Positions 8,202-17,565 of a stretch of DNA of 25,862 nt are shown here, one piece after another. A program made the translations under genes and the position numbers. Origin of the DNA: Chlamydiota bacterium (GTDB taxonomy: Bacteria; Chlamydiota; Chlamydiia; Chlamydiales; SM23-39); assembly GCA_037129625.1 (NCBI GenBank), contig JBAXUO010000001.1:1-25862 (forward strand), in the 5' to 3' direction. Positions within the stretch are counted from its first letter, which is position 1, and every line of letters begins with the position of its first letter. A model generated the notes under the pieces. It did no database searches and was not told the DNA's origin. It saw only the letters and a program-made list of their open reading frames with translations.

Positions 8202-9772
8202 CTGAAAAAAAATTTTCTCAAATTTTACATCAGTTTTCCATACCTACCGTTTTAGATATAAAAGGATTCCCTTTTGTTAAAGAAAAAAAAACTCTGATTC
8301 CTTATGTTTTTGCTAAGCAAAAAGGGGTTTTGCCTATTGAAGAAAAGCGTCATAGCATTTTAGTGGCAACGAGCAACCCATTTCACTTGGAAGCGATAGA
8401 AGAGTTGACCTTACTTTTAAATAAAGAGATTGAAATTACTTATTGTCCAAAAGCGGCTTTGGAGGAGGCTATTGAGTTTTGCTATCGTCAAAAAGATGAA
8501 GAGACGAAAAAACTCCTTTCTGACTTACAAAGCAAGTCAAAAAATAAAGAGGGTGAAGAGGAAACGGAAGGTTATGATCTTTTAGAGAGGTCTATAAAAA
8601 ATCCGGTGATACAAATGCTGGATTCTGTTTTTTTAGAAGCGATTCAACAAGGGTCTTCGGATATACATTTTGAACCTCAAGAGAGCGCTTTACATATCCG
8701 CTATCGAATAGATGGAATTTTATTAGAAAGACATATCCCTCCTAAAGAATACCAAGCGCAAATGATTACCAGAATCAAAGTGATGGCCAAACTGGATATT
8801 GCGGAGCAGAGGCTTCCTCAAGACGGTCGTATTAAATTGAAAATGGGTGGAAGAGAGATTGATTTTCGTGTAAGTACAATACCCGTTGTTTATGGGGAGA
8901 GAATAGCTATTCGAATTTTAGATCGAAGCAATATCATGGTAGGTCTTCAGCATATCGGGATGGAATCCAAGATTCTTAATAGTTTTTCCCATTTGATCGA
9001 TTTGCCCGAAGGGATTGTTTTGGTTACAGGACCTACCGGAAGTGGAAAAACAACGACATTATATAGTGCTATTTCAGAAATTTTTTCTTCTGAGATAAAT
9101 ATTATGACAATAGAGGATCCGGTAGAATATAAACTCCCTCATATTGCTCAAATTGGGGTGAATCCTAAAATTCATCTCGATTTTGCGACGGGGCTTCGCC
9201 ATATTCTTAGACAAGACCCTGATGTAATTATGATAGGAGAGATTCGAGATGCAGAGACGGCTGAAATTGCTATTCAGGCGGCTTTAACGGGTCATTTAGT
9301 TTTAAGTACTCTTCATACCAATGATGCTCCGTCTGCTTTGGCCCGTTTGACGGATATGGGAATCGAACCTTATCTTCTCTCTTCTTCTATCGTAGGTGTT
9401 TTGGCCCAACGGTTGGTTCGGAAAATTTGTCCGACGTGTCGTGAGGCTTATTCTCCTCTTTCAGAGGAGCTTAAATTTCTTCATCTATCAGAGAAGGATC
9501 TTATAGATGGGAAATTGTATCGAGGGAAAGGCTGCCCTTTTTGTTTGGGGACCGGATATAAAGGAAGGCATGGTATTTATGAACTCATGGATATATCTTC
9601 ATTAATCAAAAAACAGATTATGAAAAGTGTGGATGCAGATGAAATTCGACAGGTGGCTCTTTCGGAGGGGATGGTTGATCTTTATACTAGTGGGAAGGCT
9701 TTAGTATTACAGGGGATTACGACGATAGCAGAAGTTCTTCGGGTGACGAAGTCCTTGCTGCGAGGAGAATAG
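8198..9772 (+). CDS. gspE: Type II secretion ATPase GspE
   Basis: SDIHFEP, RLPQDGRI, Walker A GPTGSGKTTT, TIEDPVEY, LRQDPDVIMIGEIRD, GHLVLSTLHTN, tetracysteine CPTC...CPFC. ATGA overlap with gspD. Confidence 0.96.
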   Translation: MTEKKFSQILHQFSIPTVLDIKGFPFVKEKKTLIPYVFAKQKGVLPIEEKRHSILVATSNPFHLEAIEELTLLLNKEIEITYCPKAALEEAIEFCYRQKDEETKKLLSDLQSKSKNKEGEEETEGYDLLERSIKNPVIQMLDSVFLEAIQQGSSDIHFEPQESALHIRYRIDGILLERHIPPKEYQAQMITRIKVMAKLDIAEQRLPQDGRIKLKMGGREIDFRVSTIPVVYGERIAIRILDRSNIMVGLQHIGMESKILNSFSHLIDLPEGIVLVTGPTGSGKTTTLYSAISEIFSSEINIMTIEDPVEYKLPHIAQIGVNPKIHLDFATGLRHILRQDPDVIMIGEIRDAETAEIAIQAALTGHLVLSTLHTNDAPSALARLTDMGIEPYLLSSSIVGVLAQRLVRKICPTCREAYSPLSEELKFLHLSEKDLIDGKLYRGKGCPFCLGTGYKGRHGIYELMDISSLIKKQIMKSVDADEIRQVALSEGMVDLYTSGKALVLQGITTIAEVLRVTKSLLRGE

Positions 9773-9777
9773 AAGGT

Positions 9778-10965
9778 ATGCCGCTATTTCGTTATGAAGC
9801 TCTAACAGAAAAAGGGGAAAAAGCGAAGGGATGTATTGATGCAGAGTCTTTAGAGGAAGCCAAAGGACAGCTTAAGAAAAAGCAAATTTTTGTGACTCGT
9901 GTAGTTTTGATGGAGGAAAAGGAAAGATTGGTTTCGCTTTCGAAAAGTGATCAGATGCTTTTGTTTCAAGATATGGCGAAACTTATACAAGCGGGGCTTC
10001 CTTTATATGACACTTTACTTACTTTAGAAGAGAAGTATAGAAGTCATCCGGCTCACTATGTCATTTTGGACATAGGGGATCGGATCAAGAGTGGTTTTTC
10101 CCTTTCGGCAGCAATGAAATTTCATTCGAAGAGTTTTGATGTTTTGATTTGTTCGATGGTAGGAAATTCTGAAACGATTGGTTGTTTGGATTCTACACTT
10201 TTAGAGATTGCATCGATGCTTTCGAAACAGCTTGCTTTACGCAAGCAGTTGACAGCGGCACTTTTGTATCCGGCTATTTTACTTAGTTTTTGTACGATTG
10301 TGATTGTGGCGCTTCTTTTTTTTGTAGTGCCATCCTTGTTTCCTCTTTTGGAAGGGAGGACTCTTCATCCGTTAACGAGGATTGTATTATCCTGTAGTCA
10401 ATTTGCAAATAGCCATATGATTTCCATCGGGGCCATATTTTTTTCTTTTGTATTTTTTTTATTTCTTTCTTTTCGTTTGGAAGGGACGAAAAAACGGATC
10501 AAATATATTTGGGTCCAAATGCCTATTTTCAAAGGGATGTTGGAGCGGATTGCTTTGATACGGTTTTGTCGAACCTTTTCTTCTCTTTTACAAGGAGGGG
10601 TGTCCTATGTGATTGCTCTTCGTTTAGCGACGCAGGTGATGCAGCATCCCTATTTGGAGAAGGAGATGGAAAAGGTACAAAACGCTGTGATGGAAGGGGG
10701 GCGGCTCAGTGAGCTATTAAAGAGAAGCCGACGGATACCTGAGTTGATTCCCCGGATGCTTTCGATAGCTGAGCAGGGAGGGAATTTACCTCAGATGTTA
10801 CTTCGGATTGCCGAGTTTTATGAAAGTGAGTTAGATCGATCTTTATCTCGCTTAAGTGTGATATTACAGCCTGTACTTCTTTTGATTCTTGGAGGAATAA
10901 TAGGTTTTGTTGTTTTATCTGTGCTTTTACCTCTCACAGATGTAAGCTCTTTTGTTTCTGGATAG
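9778..10965 (+). CDS. gspF: Type II secretion inner-membrane platform protein GspF
   Basis: MPLFRYEALTEKG start, two GspF domains (AGLPLYDTL...SLSAAM; FCRTFSSLLQGGV...AEQGGNL), ALLYP motif and C-terminal QPVLLLILGGIIGFVVLSVLLPL. Confidence 0.95.
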   Translation: MPLFRYEALTEKGEKAKGCIDAESLEEAKGQLKKKQIFVTRVVLMEEKERLVSLSKSDQMLLFQDMAKLIQAGLPLYDTLLTLEEKYRSHPAHYVILDIGDRIKSGFSLSAAMKFHSKSFDVLICSMVGNSETIGCLDSTLLEIASMLSKQLALRKQLTAALLYPAILLSFCTIVIVALLFFVVPSLFPLLEGRTLHPLTRIVLSCSQFANSHMISIGAIFFSFVFFLFLSFRLEGTKKRIKYIWVQMPIFKGMLERIALIRFCRTFSSLLQGGVSYVIALRLATQVMQHPYLEKEMEKVQNAVMEGGRLSELLKRSRRIPELIPRMLSIAEQGGNLPQMLLRIAEFYESELDRSLSRLSVILQPVLLLILGGIIGFVVLSVLLPLTDVSSFVSG

Positions 10966-10980
10966 TTGGAGAAATATTTT

Positions 10981-11400
10981 ATGAAGAAGCGTGCGATTAC
11001 TTTATTAGAGATTATGATTGTAATTTTTTTAATAGGACTCATTGGGAGTGTTGTGGGTTACAATATGAAAGGAAGTCTAGATGAGGGAAAGGCATTTAAG
11101 ACACGTCAAGCGAGTGCGCAGGTTAGAGATATTCTTTTATTGGAATGGTCTAAAGGCGAGAGAGGTTTAGCTGAGATTGTGTCTAAAGCGGCGGAAATAT
11201 TAAAACATTCGGGACTTGTGAAGAATTCTAAGGATTTATTAGAAGATGGTTGGGGTGAGCCGTTTGTTTTAACAGTTAAAGGGAATCAAGATATTTCGGT
11301 AGTATCGGAGAGATATAAGCAGTATGAAAGAAAGAAGAAGGGAAAGGTAAAAGAGAAATCTGCGGAAGAGAAAGAGGAAGAAGATGCGGAGGACTCTTAA
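10981..11400 (+). CDS. gspG: Major pseudopilin GspG-like protein
   Basis: MKKRA|ITLLEIMIVIFLIGLIGSVVG type IV pilin-like N-terminus with E+5; DGWGEPF loop resembles the GspG DPWG motif; GGAG RBS at 10968-10971. Confidence 0.8.
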   Translation: MKKRAITLLEIMIVIFLIGLIGSVVGYNMKGSLDEGKAFKTRQASAQVRDILLLEWSKGERGLAEIVSKAAEILKHSGLVKNSKDLLEDGWGEPFVLTVKGNQDISVVSERYKQYERKKKGKVKEKSAEEKEEEDAEDS

Positions 11401-11803
11401 TTATAAGAAGAGGTTTTTTACTATGATAGAGATTGTTTTAGTCTTTGTGTTGCTTGCTGTTGCTTTTTCTTTTTTTGGGATTAAGATGCATAAGATGATA
11501 GTAGTTTATCGATCTAAAATGGGTTTAAAAAAAATTCTTAATCTTTCTCATTTATGCCAAGAGAAGGCTTTTTTTGAACAGTCTGATGTTTTTTTTATAA
11601 TAGAACCTTTTTCTAAGGGGATTATTTGTCGGTATGGGAATAATCAGTCTTGTTTAAAGAAAGAGCGTATCGATGGGATTTTTTTAATAGATTCTTCGAA
11701 AAAAAGATTATTTTTTTCTTCTACCGGTGGAGTATTTCCTTGTAAAGTTTTGTCTTTTCAGGTAGGAAATGAGACATATGAAGTAGATTTATCTAAGAGG
11801 TAA
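11384..11803 (+). CDS. Minor pseudopilin (GspH-like)
   Basis: KKRF|FTMIEIVLVFVLLAVAFSFFG pilin-like N-terminus with E+5; overlaps the gspG end; late FFSSTG resembles the GspH-type F..G strand. Confidence 0.65.
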   Translation: MRRTLNYKKRFFTMIEIVLVFVLLAVAFSFFGIKMHKMIVVYRSKMGLKKILNLSHLCQEKAFFEQSDVFFIIEPFSKGIICRYGNNQSCLKKERIDGIFLIDSSKKRLFFSSTGGVFPCKVLSFQVGNETYEVDLSKR

Positions 11804-11887
11804 TTCGTAACCTATCTTGAGAAAAATGAGACCTTTCGATTAATCTAATAGTGCCAATGATTAACCTTTAAAGAAAATGTGGGATAT

Positions 11888-14476
11888 ATGAAGAAAATTC
11901 TTTGCTTATTTTTAATAGGTTGTGTGGGAACTTTATGTGCTTTAGAAGAGCAGAAGGTTCTTTTACAACTCAAAGAACACCAACCCGCTTGGAGACCCGA
12001 AACTGTTAAAAGTTATGAAAACGGGAATCCTGAAGTGATTGTGTACCATGAAATTTTAGCGGATAATACGACAAGACCTGTCAAACAGGAAATGTATTAT
12101 CCTAATGGAAAATTGAAACAGGAAGTCGATTTAGGAATAGCGGAACAAAATTCTCCCGGAGCTACTTTTTGGAAATCAACAGTGGTTCCCGAGGGTGTTT
12201 GTGTTGATCTTTATGATACCGGAAGTTTGGGAAAAGTATGTACCTACAATAAAGGACTGCTAGAGGGTGAAGTTAAACTTTTTTATCCTGAAGGAAAAAA
12301 GCAAGCCATAATGACTTATAAAGAAGGGTTGCTCGATGGAAAAGTGGAATCTTATACGGAAAGCGGTGAGAAAAAAGAAGAAGGTTCTTATGAAAAAGGA
12401 AAACTCATCGGAGATTATATAGCTTATCATCCCGGTGGAATCAAAGCTTCTTTAGCCCCTTATAAAAATGGGGAAATTCATGGGAAAGCTTTTGAGTGGT
12501 ATCCAAGCGGTGCTGTAAAATCAGAAAGATGTTTTGATATGGGAAAATTACAAGGCGATGGTACGAATCCTGCTTTAGTTGTTTATGATGAAAACCATGC
12601 GATTATCGAAGTGTTAAATTTTGATAAGGGAAATCCTATAGGTACCCATATCAAGTACCATAGCAATGGAAAAGAGAGCTATAAAGTAAACTTTGTGGAA
12701 GGGAAAAAATCCGGAAAAGAAAGTTTTTTTGCTAAAGACGGATCTCTTCTCGGCGATGGCGAGTATGTATTAGGTAAGCCCTCCGGAAAACACACAAGAA
12801 AACATGAGAATGGAAAAATTTTCTATGATGTCGAGTTCGACCCTGCAGGAAATCCTCTTCGTCCTATCGTTGAATATGATGAGACCGGGAAGATGGTTCG
12901 GGAGTTTTCTCAAAAAGAGGGTAAGCTGGATGGCTTGTATCGAGAGTGGTTTTCTAACGGTCAATTAAAAAATGAGTACCATTATGCCGTTGGAGAATTA
13001 GATGGTGATCAAATGGAATATTTTCCTTCCGGGAACAAAAAAGTTCATGTTACTTATAAAGACAAACAAAAGGAAGGGATCTACGAGGAGTGGCATGAAA
13101 ACGGGACGATGACACATCGCTCGACTCTTTCTAAAGGTGCTGTCGAAGGGAAAGATGAGGAATGGTATGAAAATGGCCAACTCAAAAGATGTTCTTTTAT
13201 CAAAGATAAAAAGCCGGAAGGAATGCAATTAGAGTGCCATGAAAATGGTGTGATGAAAGCAAGAATCGTGTTCGCTCAAGGGAAAAAAACAGGGAAGGTT
13301 TTTGAATGGAACTCTTCCGGGGATTTTCTTTTTTCCGGTCAGTATGAAAATGATCTTTTAACCGGTGATGTTTTTGCTTGGTATGGAAAAGATGTTTTTA
13401 AAGAAAAACTTCATTTTGCTTTGGGTAAAAAAGAAGGATTGCAAGAGTCCTTTTATCCCAATGGAAAATTAGCTCGAAAAGCTTATTTTTCTAATGATCT
13501 TCCGGATATCAAGATGGAATCTTGGTATGAAGATGGCTCTTTGCATTTAGTACAAAACTATCGTAAGGGAGTTTTGATTGGAGAACAAAAAGAATATTTT
13601 TCTCCGGAGAAGAGAAAAGGGCCTGAAGCTCTTTGGAAAAGTTTTACCTTTAATGATAATGGTAAAATGGAAGGAGAACAAAAAACTTTTCATGAAAAAG
13701 GGCAAATGGAAGCTTCTGTTTGTTATAAAAATGGAGAGTTGGATGGAAGAAAAGCTTTTTGGGATACGGAAGGTAACTTGATTGAGGAGTCTTATTACTC
13801 TCAAGGGAAGTTAGAAGGGCGATTCTTTCAAAAAGGCCAAGATGGAAGAGAGACTATTTTTACTTATAAAAATAATCTCAAAGATGGACCCTATATCGTC
13901 TATTATCCATCAAAAACAGATGCGAAAGTCAAAGCCATTGAAGCTAATTATAAGGCAGATAAAATCGATGGTGATGTATTTGAATATAGTCCTGCCGGAA
14001 TCAAAATAGCCCATTCCATTTTTAAGGATGGGAAAAAAGAGGGTAAAACGATTCTTTTTTCTGAAGATGGGAAGCTTTCGATGCAGATGGAGTACGTGAA
14101 TGACCTAAAAAGCGGCATGTGTACTCAGTATTTTCCCGATGGAAAAGTTCAATCGGAAGTTTATTATGAAAAGGATTTGAAAGAAGGAGAAGAAAAGACT
14201 TTTTTCAATAATGGAAAATTGGCCTCCGTATTTCGTTATAAAAATGGAAAACAAGAGGGTCCTTCCACATCCTGGAATGAAAAAGGGATTGTGGTTTTTG
14301 AAGGGGAGTTCAAAGATGGGCTTCGTCATGGGAAATTTAATAAGTACTATGAAGATGGAAAACCATTTTTAGAGCAATTTTTTCAAGAGGATAAACTTCA
14401 AGGGGAGAAGAAGAAGTATGACAAAGACGGGAAGGTTTCTATAACCCGTTTTGAAAATGGTACTTCAGTCGGATAA
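11888..14476 (+). CDS. Large secreted MORN-variant (YwqK-like) repeat protein
   Basis: Signal peptide MKKILCLFLIGCVGTLCA, then about 31-33 tandem ~24-aa units counted by eye (consensus xxxx(Y/W)(Y/H)xNGxLxxxxxYxxGkxxG) up to the C-terminus. No other domain is visible. Confidence 0.88.
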   Translation: MKKILCLFLIGCVGTLCALEEQKVLLQLKEHQPAWRPETVKSYENGNPEVIVYHEILADNTTRPVKQEMYYPNGKLKQEVDLGIAEQNSPGATFWKSTVVPEGVCVDLYDTGSLGKVCTYNKGLLEGEVKLFYPEGKKQAIMTYKEGLLDGKVESYTESGEKKEEGSYEKGKLIGDYIAYHPGGIKASLAPYKNGEIHGKAFEWYPSGAVKSERCFDMGKLQGDGTNPALVVYDENHAIIEVLNFDKGNPIGTHIKYHSNGKESYKVNFVEGKKSGKESFFAKDGSLLGDGEYVLGKPSGKHTRKHENGKIFYDVEFDPAGNPLRPIVEYDETGKMVREFSQKEGKLDGLYREWFSNGQLKNEYHYAVGELDGDQMEYFPSGNKKVHVTYKDKQKEGIYEEWHENGTMTHRSTLSKGAVEGKDEEWYENGQLKRCSFIKDKKPEGMQLECHENGVMKARIVFAQGKKTGKVFEWNSSGDFLFSGQYENDLLTGDVFAWYGKDVFKEKLHFALGKKEGLQESFYPNGKLARKAYFSNDLPDIKMESWYEDGSLHLVQNYRKGVLIGEQKEYFSPEKRKGPEALWKSFTFNDNGKMEGEQKTFHEKGQMEASVCYKNGELDGRKAFWDTEGNLIEESYYSQGKLEGRFFQKGQDGRETIFTYKNNLKDGPYIVYYPSKTDAKVKAIEANYKADKIDGDVFEYSPAGIKIAHSIFKDGKKEGKTILFSEDGKLSMQMEYVNDLKSGMCTQYFPDGKVQSEVYYEKDLKEGEEKTFFNNGKLASVFRYKNGKQEGPSTSWNEKGIVVFEGEFKDGLRHGKFNKYYEDGKPFLEQFFQEDKLQGEKKKYDKDGKVSITRFENGTSVG

Positions 14477-14483
14477 TTTCTTT

Positions 14484-14520
14484 AATAGGGCTAAACATAC
14501 GTTTGGCCCTATTTCTTTTT
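14484..14520 (+). terminator. Rho-independent terminator after the MORN gene
   Basis: AATAGGGCTAAAC-ATAC-GTTTGGCCCTATT: 13-bp stem with one G:U pair, followed by TCTTTTT, between convergent genes. Confidence 0.8.
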
Positions 14521-14551
14521 ACAAGTCATGTCAAATTAGAGAAAAAAATAT

Positions 14552-15331
14552 CTAAGAAATAGGAAAGAAGAGTTTTTTTCCGTTTTTCGTAGTTTTACTT
14601 GCGATTTCCTCAAGGGGAAGATTCTTGATCCGAGAGACTTCTTTAGCCGTTTCTACAATATAAGAAGGCTCATTTTTCTTTCCCCGATAACTTTGAGGTG
14701 GTAGGTAAGGAGCGTCTGTTTCTAGGAGCATTTGATGTAACGGGGTTTCTTTGACCACCTCTCGAAGAGAGCTGTTTTTGGGATAGGTGATGACTCCGCT
14801 GAAGGAGAGAAAATATCCTTTGGAAAGGGCCTTTTCGGCATCATGCATAGTGCCGCTGAAGCAATGCAATATGGCAAGAGAGCTTGTATATTCGGATGTA
14901 AGGATCTCGAAAAGATCACTAAAAGCTTCTCGGCAATGGAGGATAATCGGTAGGTTATATTCTTCAGCCAGGTGAAGGTAACGGATAAAAAATGCTTTTT
15001 GTTTTTCTTTGGAGGAATGCAAATAGAAGTAATCAAGTCCGGTTTCTCCAATCGCGCAGAGTTTTTTTGCTTTAGCAGCTTGTTGAAAAGTAGGGAAGTT
15101 ATTTTCTCCTTCTTTTTCCACATCATGAGGGGTGGTAGATGCGGCAGTAGCTACATTGGGGTTAGAAGAAGAAAGAGATAAGCTTTTTTCCAAAGAAAAG
15201 AGATCGGTTGCGATATTGACGATATAATCGACATGGGCCTTTTTTGCATTTTCCAAAAGAGGATCTTTCTGATCCCAAAGAGAGGGGTCAGTTAGGTGGG
15301 CATGAGAGTCTAGTAAAGAAAGCAGGTTCAT
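14552..15331 (-). CDS. tatD: TatD-family metal-dependent DNase (YcfH-like)
   Basis: LDSHAHL, TTPHD, AIGETGLDY, PIILHCREA, ILHCFSG, LLETDAPYLPP, NEPSYI. Start placed at ATG 15331 (MNLLSLLDSHAH). Confidence 0.95.
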   Translation of the reverse strand: MNLLSLLDSHAHLTDPSLWDQKDPLLENAKKAHVDYIVNIATDLFSLEKSLSLSSSNPNVATAASTTPHDVEKEGENNFPTFQQAAKAKKLCAIGETGLDYFYLHSSKEKQKAFFIRYLHLAEEYNLPIILHCREAFSDLFEILTSEYTSSLAILHCFSGTMHDAEKALSKGYFLSFSGVITYPKNSSLREVVKETPLHQMLLETDAPYLPPQSYRGKKNEPSYIVETAKEVSRIKNLPLEEIASKTTKNGKKLFFPIS

Positions 15332-15590
15332 TGTCGATTTTTTTTCTTTAGCGTAGTGAGGTGATGGGAAAAACTCAATCAAAAAAAATCGTTTTGTTAA
15401 TTTAGAAAATAGAAACAAGATCAAAAGTTAGGCTTTTGATTTGATTGAGATTTTTAATCACTTAGATTTTTTTCTATTTTCTAAAAAAGCTTTAGTCTGT
15501 TTTTAGAATTACAAAAAGATTTTTTTAATCTAAAAGTCTTTTTTTTTAATGAGAAAGATTGCAAAATAGAGACGCATAGGAGTTACCTGT

Positions 15591-16313
15591 ATGTGTTGTT
15601 TATTTCTTTCTATTCCCCTCTTTCAAGCCTATTCAGAATCGGATTTTTTCGGAAAATTGGTTTTTTTAACGCTTTTTTTTCTTTCCGCAGTTTCATGGGT
15701 TATTTTATTACATAAAATGCATATTGTAAGAACGCTAAGAAAAAGTGGAGAGGAGTTTTCTTTACAGTTTAAAGGGGTGAAGGAACATATACTCAGTGTG
15801 AAAATTGAGCCTGTTTTACATCCGTACTTTGAGCTCTATCATATTTTGAAACAAAAAACGATTGAGCTTTTGCAGAAGAATCGATTTTTTTTAGAAACCC
15901 AAGGGAAAGGAAATTCTATTGTTTTATCTCAAGCCGATATTGAGCTTGTTGCTTCCCATATGGAAACGACAATAGCTCAGCAAGCTAGATTGATAGAAAA
16001 GAATCTTTTTATCTTGTCGACGGTGGTGACTTTGGGTCCTTTTATAGGGTTGTTAGGAACGGTTTGGGGTATTTTGATTACTTTTTCTCATTTGCAAAGC
16101 CACGCGGTAGCTAGTAGTAATGCAGCTGTTTTATCCGGACTTTCGATGGCGCTTGGGACTACTATTTTTGGTTTAGTGGTAGCGATACCTGCTTTGGTTG
16201 CTTATAACTATTTAAAAAATTGCTCTAGAGAGCTAGTTCATGATATGGAAGTTTTTTCCCATTCTCTTTTATCTACAATCGAGATTCAGTATCGAAAGGT
16301 AAGCGAGGATTAG
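15591..16313 (+). CDS. tolQ: TolQ (MotA/TolQ/ExbB proton channel)
   Basis: Three TM segments, TLGPFIGLLGTVWGI and ALGTTIFGLVVAIPALVAYN motifs; AGGAG RBS; first gene of a tol-pal cluster. Confidence 0.9.
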   Translation: MCCLFLSIPLFQAYSESDFFGKLVFLTLFFLSAVSWVILLHKMHIVRTLRKSGEEFSLQFKGVKEHILSVKIEPVLHPYFELYHILKQKTIELLQKNRFFLETQGKGNSIVLSQADIELVASHMETTIAQQARLIEKNLFILSTVVTLGPFIGLLGTVWGILITFSHLQSHAVASSNAAVLSGLSMALGTTIFGLVVAIPALVAYNYLKNCSRELVHDMEVFSHSLLSTIEIQYRKVSED

Positions 16314-16315
16314 AT

Positions 16316-16738
16316 ATGCGAAGACGGCGTATCTCCTACTTAAAGCATCATGCATTTGAGGAGAGTCTTATTAATTTGACTCCTTTAATTGATGTAGTTT
16401 TCGTGATTCTTATTTCTTTTATTTTAATCGCTCCTCTTTTGGAAATTGATCATGTGGGACTTTCTTTTAGTGGCCCATCGAGTGAGAGTACTTTGAATGG
16501 TAAAAGTCCGATCACCATTTATGTAAGAGATGATAATTCAGTTTGGATCAATCGAAGACTTGTGACTATCGATGAATTAACAAGAATATTGGGAGAAAAG
16601 AAAAAACAATTTCCCAGTGAGATCCCTCAGCTTTTTCATGATCAAAAAGCTACTTTTGGAACGTATCAAAGCGTAAAAAATGCAGCAGAGGTTGCTGGAT
16701 TTTCACAATTAGATGTGGTGTTGCAGGCTAGCAAGTAA
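16316..16738 (+). CDS. tolR: TolR (ExbD/TolR)
   Basis: INLTPLIDVVFVILISFIL with the conserved TM Asp, followed by the periplasmic domain. Confidence 0.9.
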   Translation: MRRRRISYLKHHAFEESLINLTPLIDVVFVILISFILIAPLLEIDHVGLSFSGPSSESTLNGKSPITIYVRDDNSVWINRRLVTIDELTRILGEKKKQFPSEIPQLFHDQKATFGTYQSVKNAAEVAGFSQLDVVLQASK

Positions 16739-17559
16739 TGGAAAATCATTCTTTTCGGATTTCTTCCAAGCTCGTTTTTTTTGTCCTTTGGGCGCATGTT
16801 ATGGTTGTTTTTTGTATTTATTATTCTAGTCTTTCCTATGTCCCTTGGAGAGATCGAAAACCTATCGTAGTAAAAAGTGTGATTTTTCGTGAGTCGTCTT
16901 TTGTACAAATGAAAAGAGTGAGTGCGCATAAAGAAAGAAGTGCGGTTGCGATGCAAAAAGAGGAAACAAAACCTTTGCCTTCTTTGGTAAAAAAAGAAAA
17001 GAAAGTGGTAAAAGAGATTCCTGCCTCTCAAAAGAAAACGAGTAAAAAAAGTGAAGGACGAAAAGCTACGGCTGAAAAAAGAAAAACAAGGGGAAAAGAA
17101 AAGAAAAAAAAGAGCTCGCTAGAAGAAACAATGACTTTTGATGTGAGAAAAATTCAAAATTTGCTCGAAGAACTTGAAGAAGAATCCTCAACTCCTGTAG
17201 CCTTTTCATCGGAGTTACAAAAATTGAGTGTTCCTAAGGCGATTCAAAATGTTCATGTGGAAGCGAAGATGGAGATGAGCTCTTTGGATGGAGTGGAAAA
17301 TTCTCTTTCTTTGTATCAACAAAGATTGATTGAAGAGTTGCAACAAAATCTGCATCTGCCTGAATACGGAGAGGTAAAGGTCCGTTTGAAAATTGATTCC
17401 AAGGGGACTATTAACGATGTGGTTATTTTAGGATCACAGAGTACAAAAAATAAAAACTATTTAAAAAACACTCTTCCTGCACTTTCTTTCCCGTGGTGGG
17501 ATCAATTTTTTGGCAAAAAAAGTGAAGAGAGTTTTACAATTACATTTCGAAATGAGTGA
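16738..17559 (+). CDS. tolA: TolA/TonB-like energy transducer
   Basis: N-terminal TM with His (LWAHVMVV), Lys/Glu-rich linker, C-terminal TonB_C-like domain (GEVKVRLKIDSKGTINDVVIL); lies between tolR and tolB. Confidence 0.72.
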   Translation: MENHSFRISSKLVFFVLWAHVMVVFCIYYSSLSYVPWRDRKPIVVKSVIFRESSFVQMKRVSAHKERSAVAMQKEETKPLPSLVKKEKKVVKEIPASQKKTSKKSEGRKATAEKRKTRGKEKKKKSSLEETMTFDVRKIQNLLEELEEESSTPVAFSSELQKLSVPKAIQNVHVEAKMEMSSLDGVENSLSLYQQRLIEELQQNLHLPEYGEVKVRLKIDSKGTINDVVILGSQSTKNKNYLKNTLPALSFPWWDQFFGKKSEESFTITFRNE

Positions 17560-17565
17560 GGATGG

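Noticed and set aside
11888-14476. Reading the MORN/YwqK-like protein as a toxin-antitoxin antitoxin or a PIP5 kinase
   Set aside because: No toxin gene is adjacent, it has a signal peptide, and no kinase domain is visible. Such labels come from shared repeats only.
14552-15331. tatD as evidence for Tat export or an anti-phage system
   Set aside because: TatD is a housekeeping nuclease unrelated to Tat transport; no tatABC or defence partner genes are nearby.
15440-15540. Recurrent GATT-Tn-AATC motifs in the tatD/tolQ intergenic region (similar one near 21108)
   Set aside because: Low complexity with variable spacing; cannot be distinguished from background or overlapping -10 elements.
15591-17559. 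ExbB-ExbD-TonB iron-uptake interpretation
   Set aside because: Followed directly by tolB and pal with no TonB-dependent receptor, so Tol-Pal is the better call.
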